NCBI GenBank assembly: GCA_963715985.1
Contig: CAVQSP010000011.1
Coordinates: forward strand, 224,001-288,000
DNA length: 64,000 nucleotides
Direction: 5' to 3'
DNA from: an uncultured Thermoleophilia bacterium
GTDB taxonomy: Bacteria > Actinomycetota > Thermoleophilia > UBA2241
The notes below the pieces were generated by a model. That model saw nothing but the letters and a program-made list of their open reading frames with translations, did not search any database and was not told the DNA's origin. Positions 44,009 to 53,357 of this stretch are shown here, in pieces. Position 1 is the first letter of the stretch, and each line of letters starts with the position of its first letter. The translations under genes and the position numbers were made by a program.

Positions 44009-45691
44009 ATGAGCACACAGGTGGGCGCCGCCGCGCCGCACAAGCCCGCGTCGTCCGGCGCCGCACTCCCTCTCAAGCTCATCCTGATCGCCCTCTGCAT
44101 GGCGCAGTTCGTCAACGCCTACGACACCACGGCGATGAACGTCGCCGTCAGCTCGGTGGTCAAGTCGCTCGACACGACCGTCTCGGGCGTGCAGTCGGCG
44201 CTGGTCCTCTACTCGCTGATCATGGCCTCGTTCATGCTGATCGGCGGCAAGCTCGGCGACGTGTGGGGCCGCCGCGCGACCTTCCTCATCGGCATCTCGA
44301 TGTACGGCATCGGCGCCCTCATCACCGCCTTCAGCGCCGGGCTGCCGATGATGATCGTCGGCTGGTCGCTGCTCGAGGGGCTCGGCTCCGCGCTGATGAT
44401 CCCGGCCATCTTCGCGATCGTCGGCTCCATCTTCCCCGCCGGCAAGGTCCGCGTGTCGGCCTTCGCCGCGGTCGGCGCCGTGGCCGCCATGGGCGCGGCG
44501 CTCGGCCCGCTCGTGTGCGGCTTCCTCACCACCTACTTCACGTGGCGCCTCTCGTTCGGCATGGAGGTGTGCATCGTCGTCGTCACCATCCTTCTCGCCC
44601 TGCGCATCAAGGTGCCCAAGCAGCCGCGCCCGGCCGCGCGCCTCGACTACCTCGGCGCGGCGCTCTCAGCCCTGGGCCTCGCCGTGATCGTGCTCGGCGT
44701 GCTCCAGGCCAGCAGGTACGGCTGGACCGTGGCGCGCGTCCCGTTCGTGGCCTGGGGCAGGACGCTGTCCCCGGAGGGCGGCATCTCCCCCGTCATCCCC
44801 TTCGTCATCGTCGGCGCGCTCATCCTCGTGGGCTTTGGCCTGTGGGAGCGCCACATGCTCCGCGCCGATAAGGACGCCCTGCTGAACGTGGGGATGCTCA
44901 AGAAGCGCGCCGTGCTGTTCGGGCTGCTCGGCATCATCGCCTTCATGTTCATGCAGGCCGGCTTCCTCTTCGTCGGGCCCGTGTTCATGCAGATGGCGCT
45001 GGGCTACACCGCCTTCCACAGCGGCCTGCTGATCCTGCCGATGACCATCACGATCATCCTCGTGGCGACTCGCGTGAGCCGCCTGGCGCAGATCGTCGCC
45101 CCCAAGCTGCTCGTGCAGATCGGCATGCTGACGTTCGTGATCGGCATCCTGCTGGTCGCCATGGAACTCAAGGCCGACGTGGACCAGTGGGCCTTCCTGC
45201 CCGGCATGATCGTCTCCGGCATCGGCATCGGCCTCATCAACGCACCGCTCATGAACATCACCCAGGGCGCCGTGCCGCAGGAGGAGCAGAGCGAGATCTC
45301 CGGCCTCTCCCGCGCGATGAGCAACCTGGGCGGCGCCTTCGGCACGGCCGTAGCCGGCGCGGTGCTGATGAGCACGCTCATCTTCACCTTCTCCTCCGCG
45401 GTGGAGCAGTATTCCGGTATCCCGGCCGGCGAGAAGGCCACCGTGGTGCACGCCCTGCGCAGCGACGCGCAGACGGTGAGCGACTCGCAGATGAGCGCGT
45501 ACCTAAAGAGCAAGAGCGAGCCGGCGCCGCTGGCGACCAGGTTCGTGGAGTTCAACCGCGAAGCGCGCAACAAGGGCCTGCAGAACGCGCTCATCGCGGT
45601 CGGCGTCATCGGCCTGTTCGGCTTCTTCGTCAGCTTCTTCCTGCCCGGCGGGAAGAAGAAGCCGCACCCCGACACGCCGACGGTCGGCTGA
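44009..45691 (+). CDS. MFS transporter (DHA2-like, 14 TM)
   Basis: D.TAMNVA, GKLGDVWGRR, ~14 hydrophobic segments. Confidence 0.88.
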   Translation: MSTQVGAAAPHKPASSGAALPLKLILIALCMAQFVNAYDTTAMNVAVSSVVKSLDTTVSGVQSALVLYSLIMASFMLIGGKLGDVWGRRATFLIGISMYGIGALITAFSAGLPMMIVGWSLLEGLGSALMIPAIFAIVGSIFPAGKVRVSAFAAVGAVAAMGAALGPLVCGFLTTYFTWRLSFGMEVCIVVVTILLALRIKVPKQPRPAARLDYLGAALSALGLAVIVLGVLQASRYGWTVARVPFVAWGRTLSPEGGISPVIPFVIVGALILVGFGLWERHMLRADKDALLNVGMLKKRAVLFGLLGIIAFMFMQAGFLFVGPVFMQMALGYTAFHSGLLILPMTITIILVATRVSRLAQIVAPKLLVQIGMLTFVIGILLVAMELKADVDQWAFLPGMIVSGIGIGLINAPLMNITQGAVPQEEQSEISGLSRAMSNLGGAFGTAVAGAVLMSTLIFTFSSAVEQYSGIPAGEKATVVHALRSDAQTVSDSQMSAYLKSKSEPAPLATRFVEFNREARNKGLQNALIAVGVIGLFGFFVSFFLPGGKKKPHPDTPTVG

Positions 45692-45767
45692 GCGGCGAGC
45701 CGGCACCGGGCGTGTCGTGGGCGGCGGTCGTATCGTCGGCTGCGGCCGGCTCGCCGTGCTGACCCAC

Positions 45768-46568
45768 TCAGGCCCGGTAACGCTCGGCGAGCTTGCCGGA
45801 CGTGCCGCCGAACAGCGTGGACTTTTGGATGTCGCGCAGGGCCTCGAAGAGCGTGGTGATCTCGAGGCCGGGCACGCAGATGACCTCTTTGAGCTGCAGG
45901 CCCAAGACGATCGCCTGTGCCACGTCGGCGGCGCTCATCATCGTCGCCGGCGTGGGCTGCACGCCGCGCCGCTTCTCGAAGAACTCGGTCTCGACCATGC
46001 CGGGCAAGACGGCCATGGCGTGGACGCCCGTGCCCTCGAGCTCGACGGCGAGCGCCTGCGTGAAGGTGAGCAGGAAGGACTTGGTGGCCGCGTACGTGGC
46101 CTTGCCGGACATCCGCGAGTGCAGCGGGCCGCTGAGCGCCAGCAGCGAGGCGACGTTGACGATGGCGCCGCGGCCGCGCGTGATCATGCCGGGCAGCGCC
46201 GCGTGCGTGAGCCGCATCGGGGCGCGGACGTGCACGTTGATGAGGTCGTCGGCGAACTGCGGTTTGAGCTCGGCGAAGGGGCCGTAGGCGCCGAATCCTG
46301 CGTTGTTGACCAGCAGGTCGACACGCGGATCGCCGGCGATCCGCGTCTCGAGGTCCAGGAGACGCTCGGCGTCGGTGAGGTCGATGCACATGACCTCCAC
46401 GGAGACGCCGGTCTCCGCCTCCAGGCGCTTGGCCAGCGCCTCCAGGCGCTCTTTGCGCCGTGCGACGATGACGAGGTCGCGACCGTCCCTGGCGAGGCGC
46501 TCGGCCAGCGCCGCACCGATCCCCGACGAGGCTCCCGTCACGACGGCCACTCTGCGTTCGCCGTCCAT
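45768..46568 (-). CDS. Short-chain dehydrogenase/reductase
   Basis: TGASSGIG, VARR, NNAG, YAATK. Confidence 0.9.
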   Translation of the reverse strand: MDGERRVAVVTGASSGIGAALAERLARDGRDLVIVARRKERLEALAKRLEAETGVSVEVMCIDLTDAERLLDLETRIAGDPRVDLLVNNAGFGAYGPFAELKPQFADDLINVHVRAPMRLTHAALPGMITRGRGAIVNVASLLALSGPLHSRMSGKATYAATKSFLLTFTQALAVELEGTGVHAMAVLPGMVETEFFEKRRGVQPTPATMMSAADVAQAIVLGLQLKEVICVPGLEITTLFEALRDIQKSTLFGGTSGKLAERYRA

Positions 46569-46698
46569 CTCACCCCTTTCGTGCGCACCGCCTGCGCGGC
46601 ACGCAATAGACTGATGCAACGCACTGTACCCCGGCAGGGCGGGCCAGAGACAGCTTCGCCGTGGCGGGCCTGCACGTATTGTGCTTCTTGACGCACGG

Positions 46699-46722
46699 TA
46701 TATATGATGTTCGTCATAGTTC
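46699..46722. promoter_or_regulatory. ArsR/SmtB-like inverted repeat overlapping a -10 box
   Basis: ATATATGA-TGTTCG-TCATAGT (TATGA-N6-TCATA); TATGAT -10. Confidence 0.5.
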
Positions 46723-46773
46723 TTCCGCGCCGGTCGGCGCGATGGCCGTATGCCATTTGATGAGGAGGTCGAG

Positions 46774-47706
46774 ATGTCAGCACGCACGTTGAAGCTCGTA
46801 GCCGTCACCACCTTCGTCCTGCTTGTGATGGGCGTGTCGGCAGCCTCGGCGCTCGCCTGGAACACGTCGGTCACCAAGCCGGTGCTCTCGGGCACACCGA
46901 AGATGAACGAAGCGTTCACGGTCGCGGGCGTCACGACCCCCACCGCCAAGAAGGGCGTGAAGACGGTCGTCAAGATCAAGGTGCTCATGAAGATGGACGA
47001 CGACATGTACATGCCCATGGACGACGTCCCTGCGGTCAAGGCCAAGGTGACCAAGCGCAGCGGAGGCGGCTACAAGTACTCGGCGTCCATCACCATCCCG
47101 ATGAAGGGCGACCACGCGGTGCTGGCCATCCGCTACGCGAACGGCAAGGTCGTCGGCAAGTCCAAGACCACGTACTTCACCGTCGAGGGGGAGATGGAGC
47201 AGATCTCCGTCGATTCAGACTCCCACGCCGACGTGGCGGTGCCCGCCAACACGGCGCTCGACATCGTCTTTCACTCGCCCAGCGGGCGAATGTGCGGCAA
47301 GACCGTGCACTTCACCTCCGGCCCCTTCACCAAGACCTCCTCGGACCCCCTGACGTACCACACTGACGGTCTGGTCGAGGGCACCTACTCGTGGCAGTGC
47401 AACATGGGTCCGACGTGCTGCAGCGGCAAGCTGGTCGTCGGCACACCGCAGCCGTCCGTCCTGCAACTCTCCGTCGATTCCGACGCCCACGCCGACACGA
47501 CGGTCGCGGCGCACACGCCCTTTGACGTCGTCTTCCACTCTCCGAGCGGCAAGATGTGCGGGGCCAAGGTCTACTTCGTGAGCGGGGAGTTCACGAAGAC
47601 GTCCGCCACGCCGCTGACGTATCACACCGAGGGTCTCATGCCGGGTACCTACTCCTGGCGCTGCCCGATGACGGACTGCTGTTACGGAAACCTGATCGTC
47701 CAGTAG
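46774..47706 (+). CDS. Secreted protein: Ig-like domain plus two cupredoxin-like repeats
   Basis: Signal peptide; duplicated ~75-aa unit MCG..V.F...GTYSW.C.M..CC.G.L.V. Confidence 0.7.
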   Translation: MSARTLKLVAVTTFVLLVMGVSAASALAWNTSVTKPVLSGTPKMNEAFTVAGVTTPTAKKGVKTVVKIKVLMKMDDDMYMPMDDVPAVKAKVTKRSGGGYKYSASITIPMKGDHAVLAIRYANGKVVGKSKTTYFTVEGEMEQISVDSDSHADVAVPANTALDIVFHSPSGRMCGKTVHFTSGPFTKTSSDPLTYHTDGLVEGTYSWQCNMGPTCCSGKLVVGTPQPSVLQLSVDSDAHADTTVAAHTPFDVVFHSPSGKMCGAKVYFVSGEFTKTSATPLTYHTEGLMPGTYSWRCPMTDCCYGNLIVQ

Positions 47707-47722
47707 CGGGCGGGAGGACGGC

Positions 47723-48136
47723 ATGAACAAGCGCTTCACGAGCATCCTCGCGCTCGTCCTCGGCGTGGCGCTGCTGGCGGGCCTCGGCGCTGCCGCCGAG
47801 GCCCGCGCCGCCTACATCACCAGCACGCCCGTTCTGTCTGCGACCCCACACAAGGACCAGCCGTTCCGCGTCTCGGGCTTCATCACGCCGAAGTCCACAG
47901 CCTCGTCGCGGGCCAAGGTCAAGATCATCCTCTGGATGGAGTACGGCGACGACTACGGCGTCATGGACACGTACTGGGCCAAGCTCGGCAAACGGCCCGG
48001 GGGCAAGGCGGGCAACGCCTACTCGCTGACGATCACCATCCCGATGAAGGGCGCCCACGGCGTGCAGGCGGTGCAGTACCGCAACGGCAAGAAGGTCTCG
48101 TCGTCGCGGACCACCTACTTCGCCGTCCAGCCGTAG
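47723..48136 (+). CDS. Secreted protein paralogous to the N-terminal domain of the upstream gene
   Basis: Shared PVLS.TP...F.V.G..TP and ITIPMKG.H.V.A..Y.NGK....TTYF motifs. Confidence 0.75.
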   Translation: MNKRFTSILALVLGVALLAGLGAAAEARAAYITSTPVLSATPHKDQPFRVSGFITPKSTASSRAKVKIILWMEYGDDYGVMDTYWAKLGKRPGGKAGNAYSLTITIPMKGAHGVQAVQYRNGKKVSSSRTTYFAVQP

Positions 48137-48166
48137 GCCGCGGGCATCACCCGATAACAGAGACGC

Positions 48167-48706
48167 ATGGCCAGGCCACGATCACGCCGTTCGGAAGCGC
48201 TGCTGTTCCTGGCGCTGGTGATCGTGGCCGCGGCCGTCATCGTCGGGGTCTCGCTGGCGCTTCGCTCCTCCGGCGACACCTCGTCGGCGCAGACCGCCGG
48301 AGCGACGGCCGCACCCGATGCGGAGACCTCTTCCGTCACCCCGATGGCGGTGGCGAGCGCGAACGCGAAACCGCAGATCTGCGCGAGCTGCTGGGGCGAC
48401 GGGGGGCCGGACCCCACGGTCCGCGGCGACGCGGAGGTGGTGGACGGCGTCCAGGTGGTCCGGATCGGGGTCGAGGGCGGCTACTACGTGCCCAACGAGT
48501 TCACCGTCCAGGCGGGCGTACCCGTGACCGTCGAGTTCAGCGGGAGCGCCGAGGGCTGCCTCGCCGAGCCGGAGTTCCCGGACCTCGGCGTCAAGGCCGA
48601 CTTCTCCGGCGGCAGCGCGACCATGGAGCTGGGCGTGCTCGACCCGGGGACCTACGTGTTCACGTGCAGCATGGGCGTGAACGAAGGCCACATCACCGTG
48701 GAATGA
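48167..48706 (+). CDS. Membrane-anchored cupredoxin-domain protein (CupA-like)
   Basis: TM helix, CASC, YVPNEF.V.AGVPV, GC, GTYVFTCSMG. Confidence 0.8.
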   Translation: MARPRSRRSEALLFLALVIVAAAVIVGVSLALRSSGDTSSAQTAGATAAPDAETSSVTPMAVASANAKPQICASCWGDGGPDPTVRGDAEVVDGVQVVRIGVEGGYYVPNEFTVQAGVPVTVEFSGSAEGCLAEPEFPDLGVKADFSGGSATMELGVLDPGTYVFTCSMGVNEGHITVE

Positions 48707-48779
48707 CCCTGACCCGCGTTGACGGTGTCGCCGCCATCGGCGAACCAAGGATGCCCCCAGGACCCCCGAGGAGAACGCC

Positions 48780-49280
48780 GTGAAAGTGCTCGCCATGCTG
48801 CTGGTCATCGCCGGCCTCGTCATCGCCATTGCGCCGCAGTTCACCAACTGCGAGGCGCAGGGCGGCACCATGCCCATGGCCAGCACCATCGTGGCGAGCA
48901 CGGCGCCCGCGACCGTGTTCGCGAGCGTGCAGACGACGGCGGCAGACACGATCGTGCCCAAGATGAAGTGCCTCTGGAGCGCCCGAGGCGCGCTGGCCGT
49001 GGGCATCTCGCTCGTCGTGGCCGGCGGCCTGCTCTACTTCGCGCGGCGCAAGGAGACGAGGCGCGCGCTCGGCATCGTCAGTGCGCTGCTCGGACTGTTC
49101 ACGGTGCTGCTGCCCACGACGCTGATCGGCACGTGCGGGTCGAGTGCCGCCGTGTGCAACACCACCATGAAGCCGATCATGCTGGCCGCCGGCGGCTTGG
49201 CGCTCGTCGTAAGCGTCATCCTCCTGGTGGTCAATGAGCTCGGGCGGGACGAGACCGCGATCGCGGAAGCCGGAGCCTGA
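48780..49280 (+). CDS. DUF4418-like membrane protein
   Basis: Four TM segments; MKCLWS, IGTC.....C. Confidence 0.7.
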   Translation: MKVLAMLLVIAGLVIAIAPQFTNCEAQGGTMPMASTIVASTAPATVFASVQTTAADTIVPKMKCLWSARGALAVGISLVVAGGLLYFARRKETRRALGIVSALLGLFTVLLPTTLIGTCGSSAAVCNTTMKPIMLAAGGLALVVSVILLVVNELGRDETAIAEAGA

Positions 49281-49313
49281 CAAAGCGACCCGGCAGGCGC
49301 CCGAGGCGGAGCC

Positions 49314-50171
49314 TCAGCGGGCGCCCGCGGCTGAGCCCGACCCCCGGCCGGCCCGCGTCAGCTCACAGCGGCGTACGCGGAGCACAGGCGGGCAGCTCGC
49401 AGTCCAGCGGCCGTCACGCAGCACGATGGTCCTGTCGAAGTAGGGCTGGATCTCCGGGTTGTGCGTCACCATCACGATCGTGTTGCCCTCCTCGTGCAGG
49501 CGTGCGAAGAGGTCCATGATCTCGACGGTCGTCTCGGTGTCCAAGGCGCCAGTGGGCTCGTCGGCGAGGATCAGCGGCGGCTCGTTGACGAGCGCGCGGG
49601 CGATGGCCACGCGCTCCTGCTCGCCTCCGGACAGCTTGCCGGGCAGGTGCCCTCCGCGGTCGCCCAGCCCCACTCGCTCCAGGACCTCGAGGGCGCGGGC
49701 GCGCTTCTCCGAGGACGGCATGCGCTTCACCGCCAAGGGTAGGGTGACGTTCTCGAGAGCCGTGAGGTACGGGATGAGGTTGAAGGCCTGAAAGACAAAG
49801 CCGAGATACTCGCGGCGGAAGTCGGCGAGACGCTCGCCGGGCAGTGCATACAGGTCGATGCCGTCCACGCTGATGCTGCCGGCCGACGGATGTGTGAGGC
49901 CGCCGAGCATGGCGAGGAACGTGCTCTTGCCCGAGCCTGACTGGCCCATCACGCCCAGAAAGGTGCCCTCGGCGACGGTGAGTTCCAGGCCGCGCACGGC
50001 CTGGACGGGGGCGCCGTCGCCGCTGAACGTCTTCTCCAGGCCGCGCACCTCGATGAAGCGCGCGGCGCGCTCATCCTGCGCGGCTTGAGTCTGGGCGGCG
50101 GCGTCAGCGCCGGCTTCGCCGGCGTGTCCCGCCGCCTCCGTTGCCTCGTACTCGATCACCGTGCTCGTCAT
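49314..50171 (-). CDS. LolD/MacB-type ABC ATP-binding protein (3' end possibly frameshifted)
   Basis: GQSGSGKST, LSGGEQERVAIARAL, LADEPTGALD, VTHN. Confidence 0.9.
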   Translation of the reverse strand: MTSTVIEYEATEAAGHAGEAGADAAAQTQAAQDERAARFIEVRGLEKTFSGDGAPVQAVRGLELTVAEGTFLGVMGQSGSGKSTFLAMLGGLTHPSAGSISVDGIDLYALPGERLADFRREYLGFVFQAFNLIPYLTALENVTLPLAVKRMPSSEKRARALEVLERVGLGDRGGHLPGKLSGGEQERVAIARALVNEPPLILADEPTGALDTETTVEIMDLFARLHEEGNTIVMVTHNPEIQPYFDRTIVLRDGRWTASCPPVLRVRRCELTRAGRGSGSAAGAR

Positions 50172-50199
50172 TCTTCCTCGCAGTCGCTCGCGGCACGCA

Positions 50200-51360
50200 T
50201 CAGAGCGCGCGCAGGGCCTCGGTCGGGTCGAGCTTGCCGGCGCGCAGCGCCGGATACAGGGACGCCAGGGCGCCGATGGCCACGGCCAGGACGACGGCGC
50301 TCACGCCGAGGAGCGGCGTCCAGGCCACCTCGGCGCCGGCGGCCACGAGTGGCAGTGCGGCGTACGTGATGCCCATGCCGGCGACGTAGCCGAGAACGCC
50401 GGCGATGACGCTCGCGGCCAGCGCCTCCAGCAGCACGAGGCGCGTGATGTGCACGCGGCGGAAGCCCAGGGCGCGGAACACGCCGATCTCCTGCGTGCGC
50501 TCGCTCACGGCGCCCATCATCGTGATGAACACCACCAGCGCCTCGATGGCGATGACCACGCCGGCGATGGCGTAGCTGAAGCTGCGGAACTGGTCCACCG
50601 CGTGAGCGCGACTGCGCACCGCCTCCTGCACGGCTGTGACCTTGGCGGCCGGAACAGCGGCGGAGAGCTGCGCAGCGATGCGGTCCACGGAGGCGGTGTT
50701 TCCGTCCCGCGCCGCGATCTCCACGAGCGTCAGCTCGCCGGGGCGATGCAGGATCGCCTGCACGGCGCCCAGGTCGGCGATCAGCAGCCCGTCGTCCTGC
50801 GAGCCGGTCGGACGCAGGATGCCGGTCACAGTGAAGCGCCGCCCGCCGATGCGCACGTAGTCGCCCATGGTCAGAGCGAGCTTGTGCGCCGCCGAGGAGC
50901 CGGCCACGAGCTCGTGGTCGTTCTGCGGGGCCCGGCCGCTGTCCACGGACCACCAGCGCTTGAGCTCGAACTCGTCGTGCGGGCGCACGCCCATGAGCAG
51001 CACGCGCTGCCCCTTGACCTCGGCCGGACCGACCAGCTCGGGCGCGACGACCGCGATCTCCGCGCGCGCCGGGATCGCCTCCAGGCGCTCCAGGTCGGCC
51101 TGTGACAGCGACTTGGCGCCCACGGCGACACCGCCGATGGAGATGCCGCCGTAGCTGAGGGCGACGTCCTTGCTACGCGGGGTCACGACGATGTTGGCAC
51201 CGTAGCTCTTCAGGCTGGTCTTCGTCTGGCCGCCCAGCGACGCTGTCAGTGAGAGCAGGGCGACGACGGTGCCGATGCCGATGAGCAGACCGGCGATGAG
51301 AAAGGCGGCGCGCGCCTTGCGGCGGCGCAGGCTCGTGATGGCGATGGTGCTCAGCTTCAT
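50200..51360 (-). CDS. FtsX/MacB-type ABC permease
   Basis: RRRKAR, YGANIVV, ERTQEIGVFRALG, LDPTEALR. Confidence 0.9.
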   Translation of the reverse strand: MKLSTIAITSLRRRKARAAFLIAGLLIGIGTVVALLSLTASLGGQTKTSLKSYGANIVVTPRSKDVALSYGGISIGGVAVGAKSLSQADLERLEAIPARAEIAVVAPELVGPAEVKGQRVLLMGVRPHDEFELKRWWSVDSGRAPQNDHELVAGSSAAHKLALTMGDYVRIGGRRFTVTGILRPTGSQDDGLLIADLGAVQAILHRPGELTLVEIAARDGNTASVDRIAAQLSAAVPAAKVTAVQEAVRSRAHAVDQFRSFSYAIAGVVIAIEALVVFITMMGAVSERTQEIGVFRALGFRRVHITRLVLLEALAASVIAGVLGYVAGMGITYAALPLVAAGAEVAWTPLLGVSAVVLAVAIGALASLYPALRAGKLDPTEALRAL

Positions 51361-51373
51361 GCCCCGCCCCCGC

Positions 51374-52531
51374 TCACAGCGCCCGGAGGGCGACGGTCGG
51401 GTCCAGGCGGCTGGCGTGAAGCGCCGGGTACAGGGAGGCGGCGGCGCCGACCAGCACGGCCGCCGCCACTGCCGCCGCGGCCAGCAACGGCGTCCAGCTC
51501 ACGCTCACGCCGCCGCCGGAGAAGAACGGTAGCAGCACGTAGCTCACGCCCATGCCGGCGAGGTAGCCGAGCACGCCGGCGAGCAGGCTCGCGACAGTCG
51601 CCTCGATCAGGATCAATCGGGTCACGTGCCCGCGGCGAAACCCGAGGGCGCGAAACACGCCGATCTCGCGGGTGCGGGCGTTGACCGAGCCCATCATGGT
51701 CACGAACACCACCAGACCCTCGATGACGACGATCACCCCGGCGACGATCCAGGCGAACGTGCGGAACTGGTGGATGGCCTCCATGCGATTCTTGACGACC
51801 TGCTGCATGGGCGTGACCCGGGTGCCCGGGAGCACGGTGCCGATCTGGCTGGCGATGTCACCCACGGGGCAGTTGCTGCACAGGGCCGCGACCTCGACCA
51901 TGGTGACCTTGCCGGGCTTGCCGAGGATGTCCTGGGCCGTGGTCAGGTCGCTGATCAGCAGGTTGTCGTCCTGCGAGCCGGTGGGTTGCAGTACGCCCGT
52001 GACCAGCAGCGTGCGGTCGCCGAGGCGCACGTGGCTGCCGGGGCGAAGCTTGAGCGCCGTGGCCACGGTCGCGCCGGCCACGACTTCGTCGCCGGCGCGC
52101 GGCGGACGCCCGTCCACGCGCCACCACTGCTTGAGCTTGAACTCGTCGGCCGGCCGCACGCCCATGAGCAGGCTCTGGCGCCCGCCGGCCTCCACCGCGC
52201 CCAGCAGCTCCGGGGCCACGACGGCGATGTTGCGGCTGTTGGGGATGGTGGAGATGCGCGCGAGCTCCGCCTCGCGGATCTCGCGCGCCCCCGTGGACAC
52301 GCCCCCGAGAGGCACGCCGCCGTAGGTGAGCGAGAACCCGTCGTCGCGAGGCGCCACCACGATGTTGGCGCCGTACGTCTCGAGGTTGTTCTGCGCCTCC
52401 ACCGTGAGCGCCGTGCTCAGGGTGAGCAGGGCCACGACGGTCCCCACGCCGACGAGGAGTCCGGCGACCAGGAAGGCGGCCCTCGCCTTGCGCCGGCGCA
52501 GATTGCTCAGGGCTACGTCCCTCAGCCGCAC
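51374..52531 (-). CDS. FtsX/MacB-type ABC permease (paralog with extracytoplasmic CxxC)
   Basis: Same motifs as the neighbouring permease; AALCSNCP. Confidence 0.9.
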   Translation of the reverse strand: MRLRDVALSNLRRRKARAAFLVAGLLVGVGTVVALLTLSTALTVEAQNNLETYGANIVVAPRDDGFSLTYGGVPLGGVSTGAREIREAELARISTIPNSRNIAVVAPELLGAVEAGGRQSLLMGVRPADEFKLKQWWRVDGRPPRAGDEVVAGATVATALKLRPGSHVRLGDRTLLVTGVLQPTGSQDDNLLISDLTTAQDILGKPGKVTMVEVAALCSNCPVGDIASQIGTVLPGTRVTPMQQVVKNRMEAIHQFRTFAWIVAGVIVVIEGLVVFVTMMGSVNARTREIGVFRALGFRRGHVTRLILIEATVASLLAGVLGYLAGMGVSYVLLPFFSGGGVSVSWTPLLAAAAVAAAVLVGAAASLYPALHASRLDPTVALRAL

Positions 52532-52587
52532 GTCAGGTCCCGATCGAGCCCGGTGAGATCGGTGTCAGCGATCGCCGTCCGCCGGCC

Positions 52588-53166
52588 TCACTGGAAGTAC
52601 GTCTGGCCGGCCTGCAGGCTGCCGGTGGTGATCGTGAGATCGTCGCCCGAGATGCTGCGCTTGAGCGGGATCGGGTTGCAGCCGCCGGTGACGACGTTGA
52701 TCTGGTCGCTGGGGAAGACCTTGCCGCAGTTGTTGCACTGCATGGCGTCTCCCTGCTGCTGGTAGCCCTTCTTCTGCGGGTAGCACACCTCGCAGGCGTC
52801 CAGCGCCGCGCGGATCTTGCCGTCCTTGCTGGCCAGCACGAAGTACTTCACCGTGGTGCCGTTGACGTCGTACGTGTAGAAGTGCGCCTTGCCGTCGCTG
52901 ACCTCGGCGACGGGGATGGTCACATCACCGCCGGCCGGAGCGGTGGTCGCCGTCGCAGTCTCGGCGCCGACGCGCCCGTTGATGACGACGACGGCCACGA
53001 TCGCAACGACGGCGAGGGCCGCCACGGCGAGAGCGATGTGCAGACCGGTGCGCCGCTTAGGCGTCTCGAACTGGGCCCGCTTCTCCTGGCGCCTCTGCTC
53101 GGCGCCGGCCTGCGCGCGGGCCTGGGTCTTGGTCGCCTGCCTGCGCTGCTGCCTCGACTTGCTCAC
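52588..53166 (-). CDS. DUF2318 (predicted Fe-S/metal-binding) membrane-anchored protein
   Basis: TM helix; DACEVC, CNNCG, GGCNPIP; AGGAGG RBS before GTG. Confidence 0.85.
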   Translation of the reverse strand: MSKSRQQRRQATKTQARAQAGAEQRRQEKRAQFETPKRRTGLHIALAVAALAVVAIVAVVVINGRVGAETATATTAPAGGDVTIPVAEVSDGKAHFYTYDVNGTTVKYFVLASKDGKIRAALDACEVCYPQKKGYQQQGDAMQCNNCGKVFPSDQINVVTGGCNPIPLKRSISGDDLTITTGSLQAGQTYFQ

Positions 53167-53243
53167 CTGCCGTACCTCCTTCTCCCGTCCGGGCGTGCCC
53201 GGCCGCTGTGACCATCGGTGCGAACGATGGTAGAAGGCCGAGA

Positions 53244-53259
53244 TGAAGAAGCTGTGTAG
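53244..53259. promoter_or_regulatory. Putative OmpR-family direct-repeat site upstream of the DUF2318 operon
   Basis: TGAAGAAGCTGTGTAG; 13/16 match to the site at 58774. Confidence 0.45.
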
Positions 53260-53357
53260 ACGGCCGGGGCAAGCTGGCGCCGTGCTCGTCGAGCGTCGAT
53301 ACTGGGGCCTGGCGCAGGCCTGTGGAAGGCGTCTGCGGGGACGACCGGGAGACGACG

